Assembly: GCA_965371245.1 (NCBI GenBank)
Contig: CBDUXT010000022.1
Coordinates: forward strand, 620 to 64,619
DNA length: 64,000 bases
Direction: 5' to 3'
Source of the DNA: an uncultured bacterium
GTDB taxonomy: Bacteria > Planctomycetota > Phycisphaerae > UBA1845
This document shows positions 44,756-54,032 of this stretch, one piece after another. Each line of letters begins with the position of its first letter. Position 1 is the first letter of the stretch. The notes under the pieces were generated by a model, which was not told the DNA's origin, made no database searches, and saw nothing but the letters and a program-made list of their open reading frames with translations. Made by a program: the position numbers and the translations under genes.

Positions 44756-45592
44756 ATGGAATATGCCGTCGGAATCGACGTCGGGAGCACGCAAACAAAG
44801 GCGATCGCGATCGACACGTCACGCGCCATCGTGGCGCGGGCGCTGATCGACACGGGCGCCAACGTCAAACGTGCCGGACAGCGCGCCCTCGACCACCTCG
44901 TGGAACACGAGAACATCGCACGCGCCGACATAAAATTTGTCGTGGGGACCGGCTACGGTCGGTACAAGATCGAGGCCGGCGATACGCAGGTGACCGAGAT
45001 ATCATGCCACGCCCGCGGTGCCCAACTTCTGTTTCCCAGCACGCGAACCGTGATTGACATGGGTGGACAGGACACCAAGGCGATCAAGATCGGCCCGGAG
45101 GGCGACGTACTGGACTTCTGCATGAACGACAAGTGCGCCGCGGGAACCGGACGTTTCTTGGCCGGTGCCGCCGAGGTGCTCGGACTCACCCTCGACGAAC
45201 TCGGCGATATTTCATTGAAAGGCACCAAGCCGATTCGCCTGACCAGCGTATGCACGGTGTTCGTCGAATCCGACATTCTGAGTCATCTGGCGCAGAAAAA
45301 GAAGGTCGAGGACATCCTCGCCGGCGTTCACGAAGCGATTGCATCGCGCACCGTTGGTCTCGTTCGACGTGTCGGCATCGAACCGGAGGTCTCCTTCACC
45401 GGCGGCGTGGCACGCAACGTCGGCATGGTACGGGCACTGGAAGCCAAGCTTGGGAAACCGCTGAACATCAGCCCCGAGGCGCACTTCTGCGGTGCGCTGG
45501 GCGCCGCGCTGTTCGCGATGGATCACGTGTTCGCGAATCGAAAGCCGGACGCCGGCGTGAGCGCCGAACCGGCCGTATGGGTGGATGAGTAG
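44756..45592 (+). CDS. benzoyl-CoA reductase ATPase subunit (BcrD/BadG/BzdP-like)
   Basis: GIDVGSTQTKAIAID, DMGGQDTKAI, KCAAGTGRFL and SVCTVFVESDI. Alternative TTG start at 44747. Confidence 0.85.
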   Translation: MEYAVGIDVGSTQTKAIAIDTSRAIVARALIDTGANVKRAGQRALDHLVEHENIARADIKFVVGTGYGRYKIEAGDTQVTEISCHARGAQLLFPSTRTVIDMGGQDTKAIKIGPEGDVLDFCMNDKCAAGTGRFLAGAAEVLGLTLDELGDISLKGTKPIRLTSVCTVFVESDILSHLAQKKKVEDILAGVHEAIASRTVGLVRRVGIEPEVSFTGGVARNVGMVRALEAKLGKPLNISPEAHFCGALGAALFAMDHVFANRKPDAGVSAEPAVWVDE

Positions 45593-45699
45593 CGACGCAA
45601 CACGCCGGCGAATCAACTTGCCGGATACGGCGGGAATCAAAAAAATGGCGCGGCGCGACTGACGGCCACGCGGTAAGAAGAACCATCAAGGAGTGAAAC

Positions 45700-46557
45700 G
45701 TGGCGATCATTGCAGGTGTGGATCTAGGCGCCGGAGCGACCAAGACGGTATTGGTCGATGATACGGCCTGCGTGCTCGGTCGGGGCATCGCGCGCACCCA
45801 GGCGGACTTCGACGCCGTGGCGCAGCGCTCGATCGATATGGCCTGCCGCGAGGCGGACATCACACCCGAGGACATCGACTACATCGCCTCGACCGGCCTC
45901 GGTCGCTACAGTCTGAGCGCGCGCGACATACAGATCACCGACTTGACATCCGGGGCCCGCGGCGCGCATGCGCTGTTTCCCGACGCCAACTTCGTGCTGG
46001 ACATGGGCGCCCAATGCACCCGGGCCGTCGCCCTGCGCGACGGCGGCAAGGTCAAGTCGTTTAGAACAAACGAAAAATGTGCGGCGGGAAGCGGCGGGTT
46101 CCTCGAACGTATCTGCCGCTACCTCGAAGTGGACGTCAACGACATCGGGGCGCTATCGCTTCAGGGCAAAGACCCCCAGCCCATCAGCAGCGTGTGCGCG
46201 GTGCTCGCCGAATCGGAAATCATCAACCACGTCTCCGAGGGAAAGAGCGTGGCCGACATCGTCCGCGGCGCGCACGAATCGTTGGCCGGCCGAGCGCTGA
46301 GTCAGTTGAGAATGGTCGGCTTTGAGACATCCGTCATCTTCATCGGCGGCGTGGTGCGACAGGAAGGGATGGTCCACGCATGCCGCGAAATCTTTAACGG
46401 CGACGTGTTGATCCCCCGGAACCCGGCGCACGTTGTCGCCTACGGTGCCGCCATCCTGGGGCTGTCTCGCTTCGCGAAGCGCTCCGCTCCCGCCGGTGTT
46501 CTGCGAAACGAGGTCCGATCAGATGTCGTCGGCTACGCGCGCGAGCCCGGATCCTGA
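45700..46557 (+). CDS. benzoyl-CoA reductase ATPase subunit (BcrA/BadF/BzdQ-like, short form)
   Basis: GVDLGAGATKTVLVD, DMGAQCTRAV, KCAAGSGGFLE and SVCAVLAESEI. 285 aa, GTG start. Confidence 0.85.
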   Translation: MAIIAGVDLGAGATKTVLVDDTACVLGRGIARTQADFDAVAQRSIDMACREADITPEDIDYIASTGLGRYSLSARDIQITDLTSGARGAHALFPDANFVLDMGAQCTRAVALRDGGKVKSFRTNEKCAAGSGGFLERICRYLEVDVNDIGALSLQGKDPQPISSVCAVLAESEIINHVSEGKSVADIVRGAHESLAGRALSQLRMVGFETSVIFIGGVVRQEGMVHACREIFNGDVLIPRNPAHVVAYGAAILGLSRFAKRSAPAGVLRNEVRSDVVGYAREPGS

Positions 46558-46602
46558 TTGCTCGTGGGGAGATGCATGAGGTACGGCGGCGCCGGGTTTG
46601 GA

Positions 46603-47925
46603 CTACGGGAGCGAATTGATTTCGTCTCGAAGATTCGCCATGAGGACGAACGTCGCGCCCTTGTCATCGCTCCGGTACACGTCGTAGCTCTGGGTCGCGG
46701 CGTATGCGATGCTGGAGTCGGAGGGCGCGAACGCAATCCACTCAAACTGGGCCGCGGCCGTCTGGACGACGGCGTCGGTTTGCATGCCGTCCGTTGTGCG
46801 TCGCAGATCGGCGTTGGAGGTGAACAGAACGGTTTGAGAATCCGCCGGACAGATCGCGATCGGACCCTGCGGACCCGGCGAGACATTGGGGAGTTGCTCC
46901 CACGTCTGCCCGGCGTCCGTGGAACGCTCGAAGAGGAAGGAACTCTCCGGCAGGGCGTAGATGGTCCGCCCGTTCGAAGAGACGTCGAAGTGGGTGGTGG
47001 TCCGATTCCTTAGCTCCGGGGCGAAGGTAGTCCAGGTTTGTCCTTCGTCCGAACTTCTGAGGAACCCTGCGTTGATCGACGAATCCTCGAAGTTGAACCC
47101 GAACGTGACGTACGTCGTGGGGCTGCCTGCGGCGCGGATGATCCAGTAGCGGTTCCGCTCGTTCGCTCCCGCCGGCATCATGGCCAAGGACCAGCTGTCG
47201 CCGCCGTCGTTCGATCGATAGATGCCGCCCGGGAAGAACTCGCCCGCGGCCTGCGCGAACGAGGCAGCCTCCCCTTGCACGGCGGCCAGCGCGACGTTGC
47301 CGTCGGTCGGGGAGAACAGCACGAAGCCGATCTTCGAGTTGTTCAATCCACAGTTCGATCGTAGCCACGTCTGCCCACCGTCGGTTGACTTGTAGATTCC
47401 CGCTATTGCGCTTGGGAGATCCCCAATCACGGGACCGGCCGAGTCCGTGGTGGCCGCGAGCAGGGTGTTGCTGTCAACGGGCGAGAACGCGACGTTCCAG
47501 ATCTCCGGGTAGTTCTCGGGATCAACCGCGTGGCGCAGACCGTGGCGCAGGCGCGCCCAGGTCGCGCCGCCGTCGGTGGACTTCAGGAACCCGTTGCGCT
47601 CGCTTCCGCAGAACACGACGTCGGGGTTGCGGGGGTCGATGACCAGAGACCTGAACACGGTGTCGTTGTCGATCGGCGGTTCCGTGCGGGCCGGCCCCGA
47701 GACGATCTCGTTTCCGTTGCCGACATCGTTGCCGCAGTCGTCAGTCGGGGGCTCCACGTCGCCGCCGGTGGCATTGTTGTCGGGATTGGTGCCGACATCG
47801 GTGGCGGTGTCCGACTCATTCGGGACTGTTGCGCTGCCTGGATCGATCGGGCTGCAGGAGCAGAGCGCGCTGACCGCGACCAGGCAAGGAAAAACTCGGT
47901 AGACACATGCACGTCCCGTCAGCAT
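46603..47925 (-). CDS. secreted BNR/Asp-box repeat beta-propeller lipoprotein (sialidase/Ycf48-like fold)
   Basis: Lipobox ALCSCSP. Six S-x-D-x-G-x-T-W type Asp-boxes: STDGGATW, STDGGQTW, SNDGGDSW, SSDEGQTW, STDAGQTW, SDDKGATF. Confidence 0.8.
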   Translation of the reverse strand: MLTGRACVYRVFPCLVAVSALCSCSPIDPGSATVPNESDTATDVGTNPDNNATGGDVEPPTDDCGNDVGNGNEIVSGPARTEPPIDNDTVFRSLVIDPRNPDVVFCGSERNGFLKSTDGGATWARLRHGLRHAVDPENYPEIWNVAFSPVDSNTLLAATTDSAGPVIGDLPSAIAGIYKSTDGGQTWLRSNCGLNNSKIGFVLFSPTDGNVALAAVQGEAASFAQAAGEFFPGGIYRSNDGGDSWSLAMMPAGANERNRYWIIRAAGSPTTYVTFGFNFEDSSINAGFLRSSDEGQTWTTFAPELRNRTTTHFDVSSNGRTIYALPESSFLFERSTDAGQTWEQLPNVSPGPQGPIAICPADSQTVLFTSNADLRRTTDGMQTDAVVQTAAAQFEWIAFAPSDSSIAYAATQSYDVYRSDDKGATFVLMANLRDEINSLP

Positions 47926-47952
47926 CTTTTGTCCATCGTGTGCCCGAGCTTC

Positions 47953-48966
47953 CTAGTCGATGACCACATCCGGGGCGGTCAGCACCGGGCTCCACTCCCC
48001 GCCACAGCCGTCCTGATTGCCGTTTTCACAAGGATTGAACCACTGATCGTTGTCGAAGTCCTCGAAGAACCAAGCGTCCTGAACGCTGAACGTGAAGGCT
48101 ACCGTGGTTTCACCGGAGTCGGCGCTGAGGATCAGGTTCAGCTCGCCTTCCAGGATGAAAATGTCCTGACTGGCTCCCTGCATGGCGTTGGGGCGATCCC
48201 ATAGGTCCGTGTTCCCGTAGAGCCCGCGCAGGTGTCCTGTTTCCGGGTCAGCGCCGCCGGCACCGTTGATGGTGCCTCGCGCTGCCGCCAGGAAATCCGT
48301 TTGCCACAGCTCCGCCGGTGGCACGAAGCCGAGTTCATTGTTAGCGGCGTCCACGAGCGTGATATCACCCTGGTGATGACCGAGGCTCCCCTCCGCGGGG
48401 AAATCGTCGTCGCTCACGTAGACACGAATGGTCGCGGGGTTTTCGGGGTCGTACAGCGGCATTGTCAGTTCGTGGAAATAGATCTCCGCGTAATAATCAG
48501 GGTACTCACCCGCCGGCAAGTTCAGGTCCAGAAGGGTGATCGCCGTGGTCAGGTCAAGAACCTCGGCGCCGGCCAGCGTGCCGGTATCGGCGATGACATC
48601 CACCAGGTCACCGTCTGCATTCTCGAAGGCAAGCCGTTTGAAGGCGACCTTGTACGCGGAGGGCGTGATATAGCGGATGATCCCGCCGTCCCCGTCGCAG
48701 TCCTGCTCACCCTGATAGATGGGGTCGTCCGTCGCCGGAGGGGACGTCGGGCACAGCTCCTTGGCCAAAGCTCTCCTCGGCTTGGAAGCGACCTCCGGTG
48801 CGAAGAGGGCCTTCAAGGTTACCGTGACCGTACGCGGGGTATTCGGGTCCGTCGCCCCCGTGCCACCGGGACCAAGGGGTACGTCGCAAGCTGTTCCGAT
48901 AACAGAGGACAGCAGCAGGGCCGGGCAAGTGACGACAAGTCTTCGGAAACAGTTTCTGTTGTTCAT
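47953..48966 (-). CDS. hypothetical secreted lipoprotein
   Basis: Signal/lipobox LLLSSVIGTACD and an acidic Asp/Gly-rich mature protein. No recognised domain. Confidence 0.6.
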   Translation of the reverse strand: MNNRNCFRRLVVTCPALLLSSVIGTACDVPLGPGGTGATDPNTPRTVTVTLKALFAPEVASKPRRALAKELCPTSPPATDDPIYQGEQDCDGDGGIIRYITPSAYKVAFKRLAFENADGDLVDVIADTGTLAGAEVLDLTTAITLLDLNLPAGEYPDYYAEIYFHELTMPLYDPENPATIRVYVSDDDFPAEGSLGHHQGDITLVDAANNELGFVPPAELWQTDFLAAARGTINGAGGADPETGHLRGLYGNTDLWDRPNAMQGASQDIFILEGELNLILSADSGETTVAFTFSVQDAWFFEDFDNDQWFNPCENGNQDGCGGEWSPVLTAPDVVID

Positions 48967-49697
48967 GATGTTCTCACCTTCGTGCTGTAACTCCGGTGAT
49001 TACCGGGCGCACAGTTTTGTGGACGTTCAAGACGTGGTCGGCAACGTGGATCAAGGGCAAAGCCCGCCTGCGGACGATCCCGCATCCGGAGACAACACTC
49101 CATCGGATCACCGCGCGTCAGGCTGAACATGATGCCGAGTGATTCTGAAGCAGACGCCGCCTGGCGGCGGCAGATCGCCGGGCGGTCCGGTACGATCTCG
49201 TCTTCCGCGATCGGCTCCGCGGTGATGTTCTCCATGACGGGTGGATGGCCTATGAAGCCGAGGTCCATCTCACCACGAAGCGCCTTCCGCTCAACGCTTT
49301 GCGAAGGCTCGACCGTGTAACGCAGCTCCACCCCGCTGTGCAGTCGGTGAAACCGTCCGAGAAGAGACGGTAGCAGGTAGAACTCCGGCGTCGTGCCCGC
49401 GTCCGCTCGAAACCCGCCGGCGCCTGCGGTCTGATGCTCTGCCACGGATTCGGCCACCCGGTCCACTCTCGCAAGCAAGTCCTGCGCTCTTTGGGTAAGG
49501 GTCCGGCCCGCATCGGATAGGTGAAGTGACTTCCCGATCTGCTCGAAGATCGACACCCCAAGGTCATGCTCGCGCCGCTGAACCTGGCGCGAGACGGCCG
49601 GCCGCGACAGGTAGACCTCCTCAGCGGCCGGCGTGTAGCTGAGGTGTTTTCCGACGGCCAGAAATGTTCTGAGATGTACCGGGCCCAGTGTGCTCAT
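48963..49697 (-). CDS. LysR family transcriptional regulator (C-terminus apparently truncated or divergent)
   Basis: HTH LRTFLAVGKHLSYTPAAEEVYLSRPAVSRQVQRREHDLGVSIFEQIGKSLHLSDAG. The substrate-binding domain is recognisable to about residue 190. The last ~50 residues are atypical, and the ORF ends by overlapping the next gene's start. Confidence 0.75.
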   Translation of the reverse strand: MSTLGPVHLRTFLAVGKHLSYTPAAEEVYLSRPAVSRQVQRREHDLGVSIFEQIGKSLHLSDAGRTLTQRAQDLLARVDRVAESVAEHQTAGAGGFRADAGTTPEFYLLPSLLGRFHRLHSGVELRYTVEPSQSVERKALRGEMDLGFIGHPPVMENITAEPIAEDEIVPDRPAICRRQAASASESLGIMFSLTRGDPMECCLRMRDRPQAGFALDPRCRPRLERPQNCAPGNHRSYSTKVRTS

Positions 49698-49831
49698 GGG
49701 CGAACCAGAAACAACAAACATGGTAACGATTACGATTATTCATTTGTATTCCAGTTCCTCAGGGCGTAATCTGTCAGTATCGCAGCGTAGCCGTCAAATA
49801 GGTTGAATCGCTCGGGCGAGAGGCACGGATC

Positions 49832-50566
49832 ATGCTGGCCACGGAGCAGTTACGAAACGCGGTGAATCACGCCTACTCCGCTGCGGCAGAGCGTCCACGC
49901 GGGGAGCACGCGTTTCCAGTCGGTCGCCGATTCGCCGAGAGCATTGGCTATAGCGTTGAGCTGCTCGAGACGATTCCGCCGGTGGCGTATGAAGCGTTCG
50001 CCGGCGTTTCCTGCGTGTCCGTGTTTGCCGACACTCCGGCAGGGGCTCGTGTTCTCGACCTGGGATGTGGGGCGGGGCTCGATTCGTTAATCGCCGCACG
50101 ACGGGTCGGAGTCGCAGGGCGCGTCATCGGCGTCGATTTCAGCGATGCGATGCTTGCGCGGGCGCGGGAAGCGGCTGTGGAAGCTGGGGCCACGAACATC
50201 GAGTTCCGCCGCGCGGACGCGGAGCGCCTGCCGTTTGCGGACGACTCGTTTGATCTCGCGCTGGTGAACGGGCTCTTCAACCTCAATCCCGCCCGAGAAG
50301 GGATCGTCGCTCAGCTCGCCAGAGTCGTATGCGCCGGCGGTTCGGTTTGGGCGGCGGAGTTGATCCTCAAGGCTCCACTTCCCGAAGCGGTGACCGGCAA
50401 TGAAGCCAATTGGTTTGCATGAATCGCCGGCGCGAAGGAAGGCGGCGCCTTCCTCCAGGAGTTCACCGACGCCGGGTTTCGCACGGCCAACATCCTGCGG
50501 ACCACAAGAAACGCGCGAACGAAGAACGATTGCGTGCTCGCAGCCGAGATCGTGGCCGTGAGATAA
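49832..50566 (+). CDS. ArsM/UbiE-like SAM-dependent methyltransferase with in-frame TGA (50420-50422) at the conserved Cys position: selenocysteine candidate or nonsense pseudogene
   Basis: SAM motif VLDLGCGAGLD. The ORF-track product stops at ...EANWFA-TGA, but the same frame continues as IAGAKEGGAFLQEFTDAGFRTANIL...VR-TAA (50564-50566). This aligns with the ArsM ...LYAGC(I/V)AGA...L.EAGF motif, with TGA in place of the Cys codon. Confidence 0.6.
50436..50454 (+). promoter_or_regulatory. SECIS-like hairpin 13 nt downstream of the in-frame TGA
   Basis: AGGAAGGC-GGC-GCCTTCCT: 8-bp stem with a G-rich apical loop, or a 7-bp stem with loop CGGCG. Confidence 0.35.
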
Positions 50567-51059
50567 CAAACCGGCAGCCGGCTCCAGAGGCTGTTGCGCT
50601 CGAGACTTCGCCGGCAGCCTGGGCAACGCCCGGCTTCGCTCCGGCCGCCGCCAATCGTGGAGGCCGGCCGAGGATACCCGGGTTAGGGCACGACCCTCTT
50701 GAAACTGCCTCGCTTTGGGCAAAGAATGTCTGCGGATGTTCGCGCGGACGCTAACGCCTCAGACCATAAGGGAATCACCACGTACGATACCTTCACGAAG
50801 CCGTCAACGCTCACTTCCACCGTCAACCGATTCCCTCACTCCTCCCTGCCGAGCCGTGAACGGTTACCATATCACGAACGCGGATTCGGCGTGTAACTTG
50901 GCGTAGCCGAAAGTACCCCGGGGCCAGTCCGGGCAACACATTCGCGACACACATTCGCGGTGCGCCGCGCACCTCGCCGACTCGACGCAGGTGTGAGGAC
51001 ACGCGGCTCGAACGTAACATGGAGTCTCGAACGGCCTACACGAGGGGAAGGGCCGGTGC

Positions 51060-51779
51060 TCACTTCCGATGCTCCTCTTCGCTCTTGATGCCGTCTGAGA
51101 TTTCAAAGCGGTATCCTATATCTCGTATTGTCTCAATGAACGCTGGGCGGTTGGGGTCGGGCTCGATCTTGGCTCTTAGCGTATTGATAAAGCGGTCAAC
51201 GCTCCTCGAAGTCACGTGGATGTCGCTGCCCCATACTTCGCGCAGAATATGGTCGCGGGTGAGCGCGTGGCCGGGGCGTCGTACGAAGAATTCGAGCAAG
51301 CGGAATTCTTTGGGCGTGAGCGGAACTTCAAGGCCCTTACGGAAAAGCTTGTGCGACACCGTATCAAGCTCAAATTCACCAAAACGATGAACCTTCCGCA
51401 CCTCCTGACGCCGCCGGCGCAGAAACGCGTTGGCACGTGCCAGAAGTTCTTGAATGCTGAAGGGCTTGGTAACGTAATCATCGGCGCCAAGATTAAGCCC
51501 TCGCACGATGTCCGGTTCCTGGCTCTTTGCGGTTAGCATGATGATGGGCATGTCCAAGCCTGCCTTGCGAACTCGACGGCAAATCTCGTAGCCGTTGATT
51601 TTAGGCAGCATGATATCGAGCACGATCAGGGCGGGTTGACGGTTGACAGCCTCCGCGAGCCCTCGTTCGCCATCGCAAGCGGTCGTCACCGAAAACCCGC
51701 TGAACTCGAAGTTGTCTTTCAGGATTCGGAGCATCGTCGGGTCGTCTTCAATGATTAGGATTGCTTCCGATGCCATCAC
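51060..51779 (-). CDS. OmpR/PhoB-family response regulator
   Basis: Receiver ILIIEDDPTM...ALIVLDIMLPKINGYE...MLTAK. Winged-helix output LTPKEFRLLEFFVRRPGHALTRDHIL..VW. Confidence 0.93.
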   Translation of the reverse strand: MMASEAILIIEDDPTMLRILKDNFEFSGFSVTTACDGERGLAEAVNRQPALIVLDIMLPKINGYEICRRVRKAGLDMPIIMLTAKSQEPDIVRGLNLGADDYVTKPFSIQELLARANAFLRRRRQEVRKVHRFGEFELDTVSHKLFRKGLEVPLTPKEFRLLEFFVRRPGHALTRDHILREVWGSDIHVTSRSVDRFINTLRAKIEPDPNRPAFIETIRDIGYRFEISDGIKSEEEHRK

Positions 51780-51792
51780 TTCGTTGCATCCC

Positions 51793-53760
51793 CTATGCCG
51801 GTGGGTCTGGTAAGGCCGCGCCGGCCGGCAGCGTCACCGTAAACGTGCTACCTTCGCCCGGTTGGCTGGACACTTCAACGGATCCTCCGTGGGCGGTGAC
51901 GATGAACTTAACGATGCTCAGTCCGAGTCCGCATCCGCCGGCATCGCGGGACAGCGTCTGATCTGCCCGGTAGAAGCGATCGAATGCCCTCTTCGCGGCA
52001 CGGCCGGAAAGACCGATTCCGTTGTCCCGCACCTCAAAGTGGACCTTATGGTGGCTCTCGTACGCATGAAGAACCACATGTTTGACATCCCCCGAGTACT
52101 TGTACGCATTGTCGAGAAGGTTCACGAGAACGGTGACGAGCGCATCGGAATCACCGGCGATTCTTGGCAGCTCGGGTTCAATCGCTATGTCCAATCGGCA
52201 GTTGGGCGCCCCGAACCGATCGCGCAGCGTATCAACAGCCGTGGTCACAACAGCCTCGATGTTAACTTCGCCAAACTCGAAAGTTTGCTTGTCTTGCTCC
52301 ATGCGCGAGAAGGCCAGGAAGTTGTCGATCAGGCGACTGAGCCGTTCGCTTTCTTTCGTGATCAGTTGAAGGTATTCCTGATGTTGCTCCTCGTCACGGT
52401 ATCGGCCTTCGACCAACGTATCAGCGAGCGCACGGATCGAGGACAGAGGTGTCTTCAATTCATGCGATACGATCGCGAGGAGGTCGTTCTTGAGTCGGGT
52501 GAGTCGCACTTGCGTGCCCACGTAGCGGGCGACGACACCGGCCAGAATCGCAATCGCTGCGACGACGAGCACACCGCCCCATAAATAGGTCGTGATGTGC
52601 TTGTCGGCAGAAGCCGTAAACGGATCGGAACCGGTGAGTCTCACGGCCAACCGCCAGGAAGGCAGGAACGGACTTGCCGCGGAGGTGAGAAAGGGGGAAG
52701 GCTCTGATGGGCGCGCGCCGGGGGGTTCGAGCGTGATGGTTGCATCAGGAAGCGAAATCTCCGATTCGATTAGCGCTTGGATATCTGCCCGGATGCGACC
52801 CTCTCGGAAAATGGCGACGACAAGTCCATCCGCCGAGGCCAATCGCCACACGCTGCTTACGCCGCTAGGGCGAAACCCTGACTCCGTCGGTCGTGGCGCG
52901 TTGGCCTCGAGATATTCCGCAGCCAGCGTCTCTCCCGCGAGCGTGGGAAATTCCAGGCCCTCCGGAACGATCGCTTGCAACCGTTCCATCAGGAATCGGC
53001 GCTGGCTGGAGGCCAGCGATGGATCACTGTAGTCCGTTATCCGTTGTAGAAGCAACGCGAGTGCCGTGCGATACGCTTCCGCCGTAGGATCCGCTGTCAG
53101 TTGAAGGGCAAGCAACTGCGCGTTGGGTACGATCAGGCTTCCCTGCATGTCTGTGGCGTCACGGAACCTCGAATGAGCGAAGGAACCGATCAAGATGTCG
53201 ATGGCGTCCCGCTTTCGACCGGCCTTGACAAGACAACGCGCCTGGGCCTGAAGAGCACGCGCAGCCAAGTTGACGTCAAGAGTGTCACTGGCCATGCGCG
53301 CGTACGCGCTGGCCGCTGCAGCGGGATCGGCGTTCTCGAATTCCAATTGCCGCGCCTGAGACCACTCCGGAGACTCAACGCTCTCGCCGGCTGCATAAAC
53401 ATTGGCGGGAGCGGGATAGGTCACTCTGCCTGTGACGTCATAGACGATCACACTGTCCGCCAGGCCCGCTGCGATTAAGTTTGCGAAGACTTCAGATGCC
53501 GTCGTATCCGGGTCCACTGACGCCAGAGCTTCCTGCTTCTCCTCCCAGTACTCATGCAATCGCTGCTCAAGTGCCACGAGTTGGCTCTGGTACACGGCCG
53601 TTAGCTTCTGACGGACAGCCAGTCGCTCGTTGCGCATGGCCTCGGTCATAAACCACAGCACGCACGCGGTCGGCACCGCGACCGCGACAAGCAGCAGCGA
53701 TATAACCGGCAAGAGGCTGTCGCCTCGCATCGGCCCCGTTCTGACTACCCGTCTCGCCAT
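51793..53760 (-). CDS. sensor histidine kinase with large periplasmic domain
   Basis: H-box IVSHELKTPLSSI, N-box LVNLLDNAYKYS, G-boxes DNGIGL and GGCGLGLSIV. Two TM segments flank a ~350-aa sensor region. Confidence 0.9.
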   Translation of the reverse strand: MARRVVRTGPMRGDSLLPVISLLLVAVAVPTACVLWFMTEAMRNERLAVRQKLTAVYQSQLVALEQRLHEYWEEKQEALASVDPDTTASEVFANLIAAGLADSVIVYDVTGRVTYPAPANVYAAGESVESPEWSQARQLEFENADPAAAASAYARMASDTLDVNLAARALQAQARCLVKAGRKRDAIDILIGSFAHSRFRDATDMQGSLIVPNAQLLALQLTADPTAEAYRTALALLLQRITDYSDPSLASSQRRFLMERLQAIVPEGLEFPTLAGETLAAEYLEANAPRPTESGFRPSGVSSVWRLASADGLVVAIFREGRIRADIQALIESEISLPDATITLEPPGARPSEPSPFLTSAASPFLPSWRLAVRLTGSDPFTASADKHITTYLWGGVLVVAAIAILAGVVARYVGTQVRLTRLKNDLLAIVSHELKTPLSSIRALADTLVEGRYRDEEQHQEYLQLITKESERLSRLIDNFLAFSRMEQDKQTFEFGEVNIEAVVTTAVDTLRDRFGAPNCRLDIAIEPELPRIAGDSDALVTVLVNLLDNAYKYSGDVKHVVLHAYESHHKVHFEVRDNGIGLSGRAAKRAFDRFYRADQTLSRDAGGCGLGLSIVKFIVTAHGGSVEVSSQPGEGSTFTVTLPAGAALPDPPA

Positions 53761-54032
53761 CGTGCTCTACTGCCTCTACAGGCTTCGATCGTTTCACGTT
53801 GTGGCTGTCGGTTCCGGAGGGAAGCTCCCCCATCATCCAAAATTCGCAGCCACCACCATTCTCACCCTAACAGCCCATTGAATAAATGTGGCGCCGCCCT
53901 TCGTGGGCGGCGCAAGTTTCCGTTCGGCGTCGCCCACGAGCTGGGACGCAACCGTCAAGGCGTCGGCCTCGCGTTTCTCAACGGACTGTCAAGCGTGCTC
54001 ACGAGCTTGAGCGAGCCACTCCGTCCGAGCTA

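Noticed and set aside
18519-44822. Other long overlapping ORFs: 18519-19607 (+), 26019-26975 (+), 30223-31269 (-), 31715-33061 (-), 38306-39499 (-), 43230-44822 (-)
   Set aside because: Each lies antisense to, or out of frame with, a gene that has clear family motifs. All show the Arg/Gly/His/Asp-rich composition typical of non-coding frames in GC-rich genes.
34111-46557. The idea that the three activase-type ATPases are redundant duplicates of one another
   Set aside because: Their sequences differ substantially. Two are adjacent to BcrC/B-like genes, as expected for a heterodimeric BCR electron-activating module. The third is translationally coupled to the orphan subunit, which suggests distinct partners.
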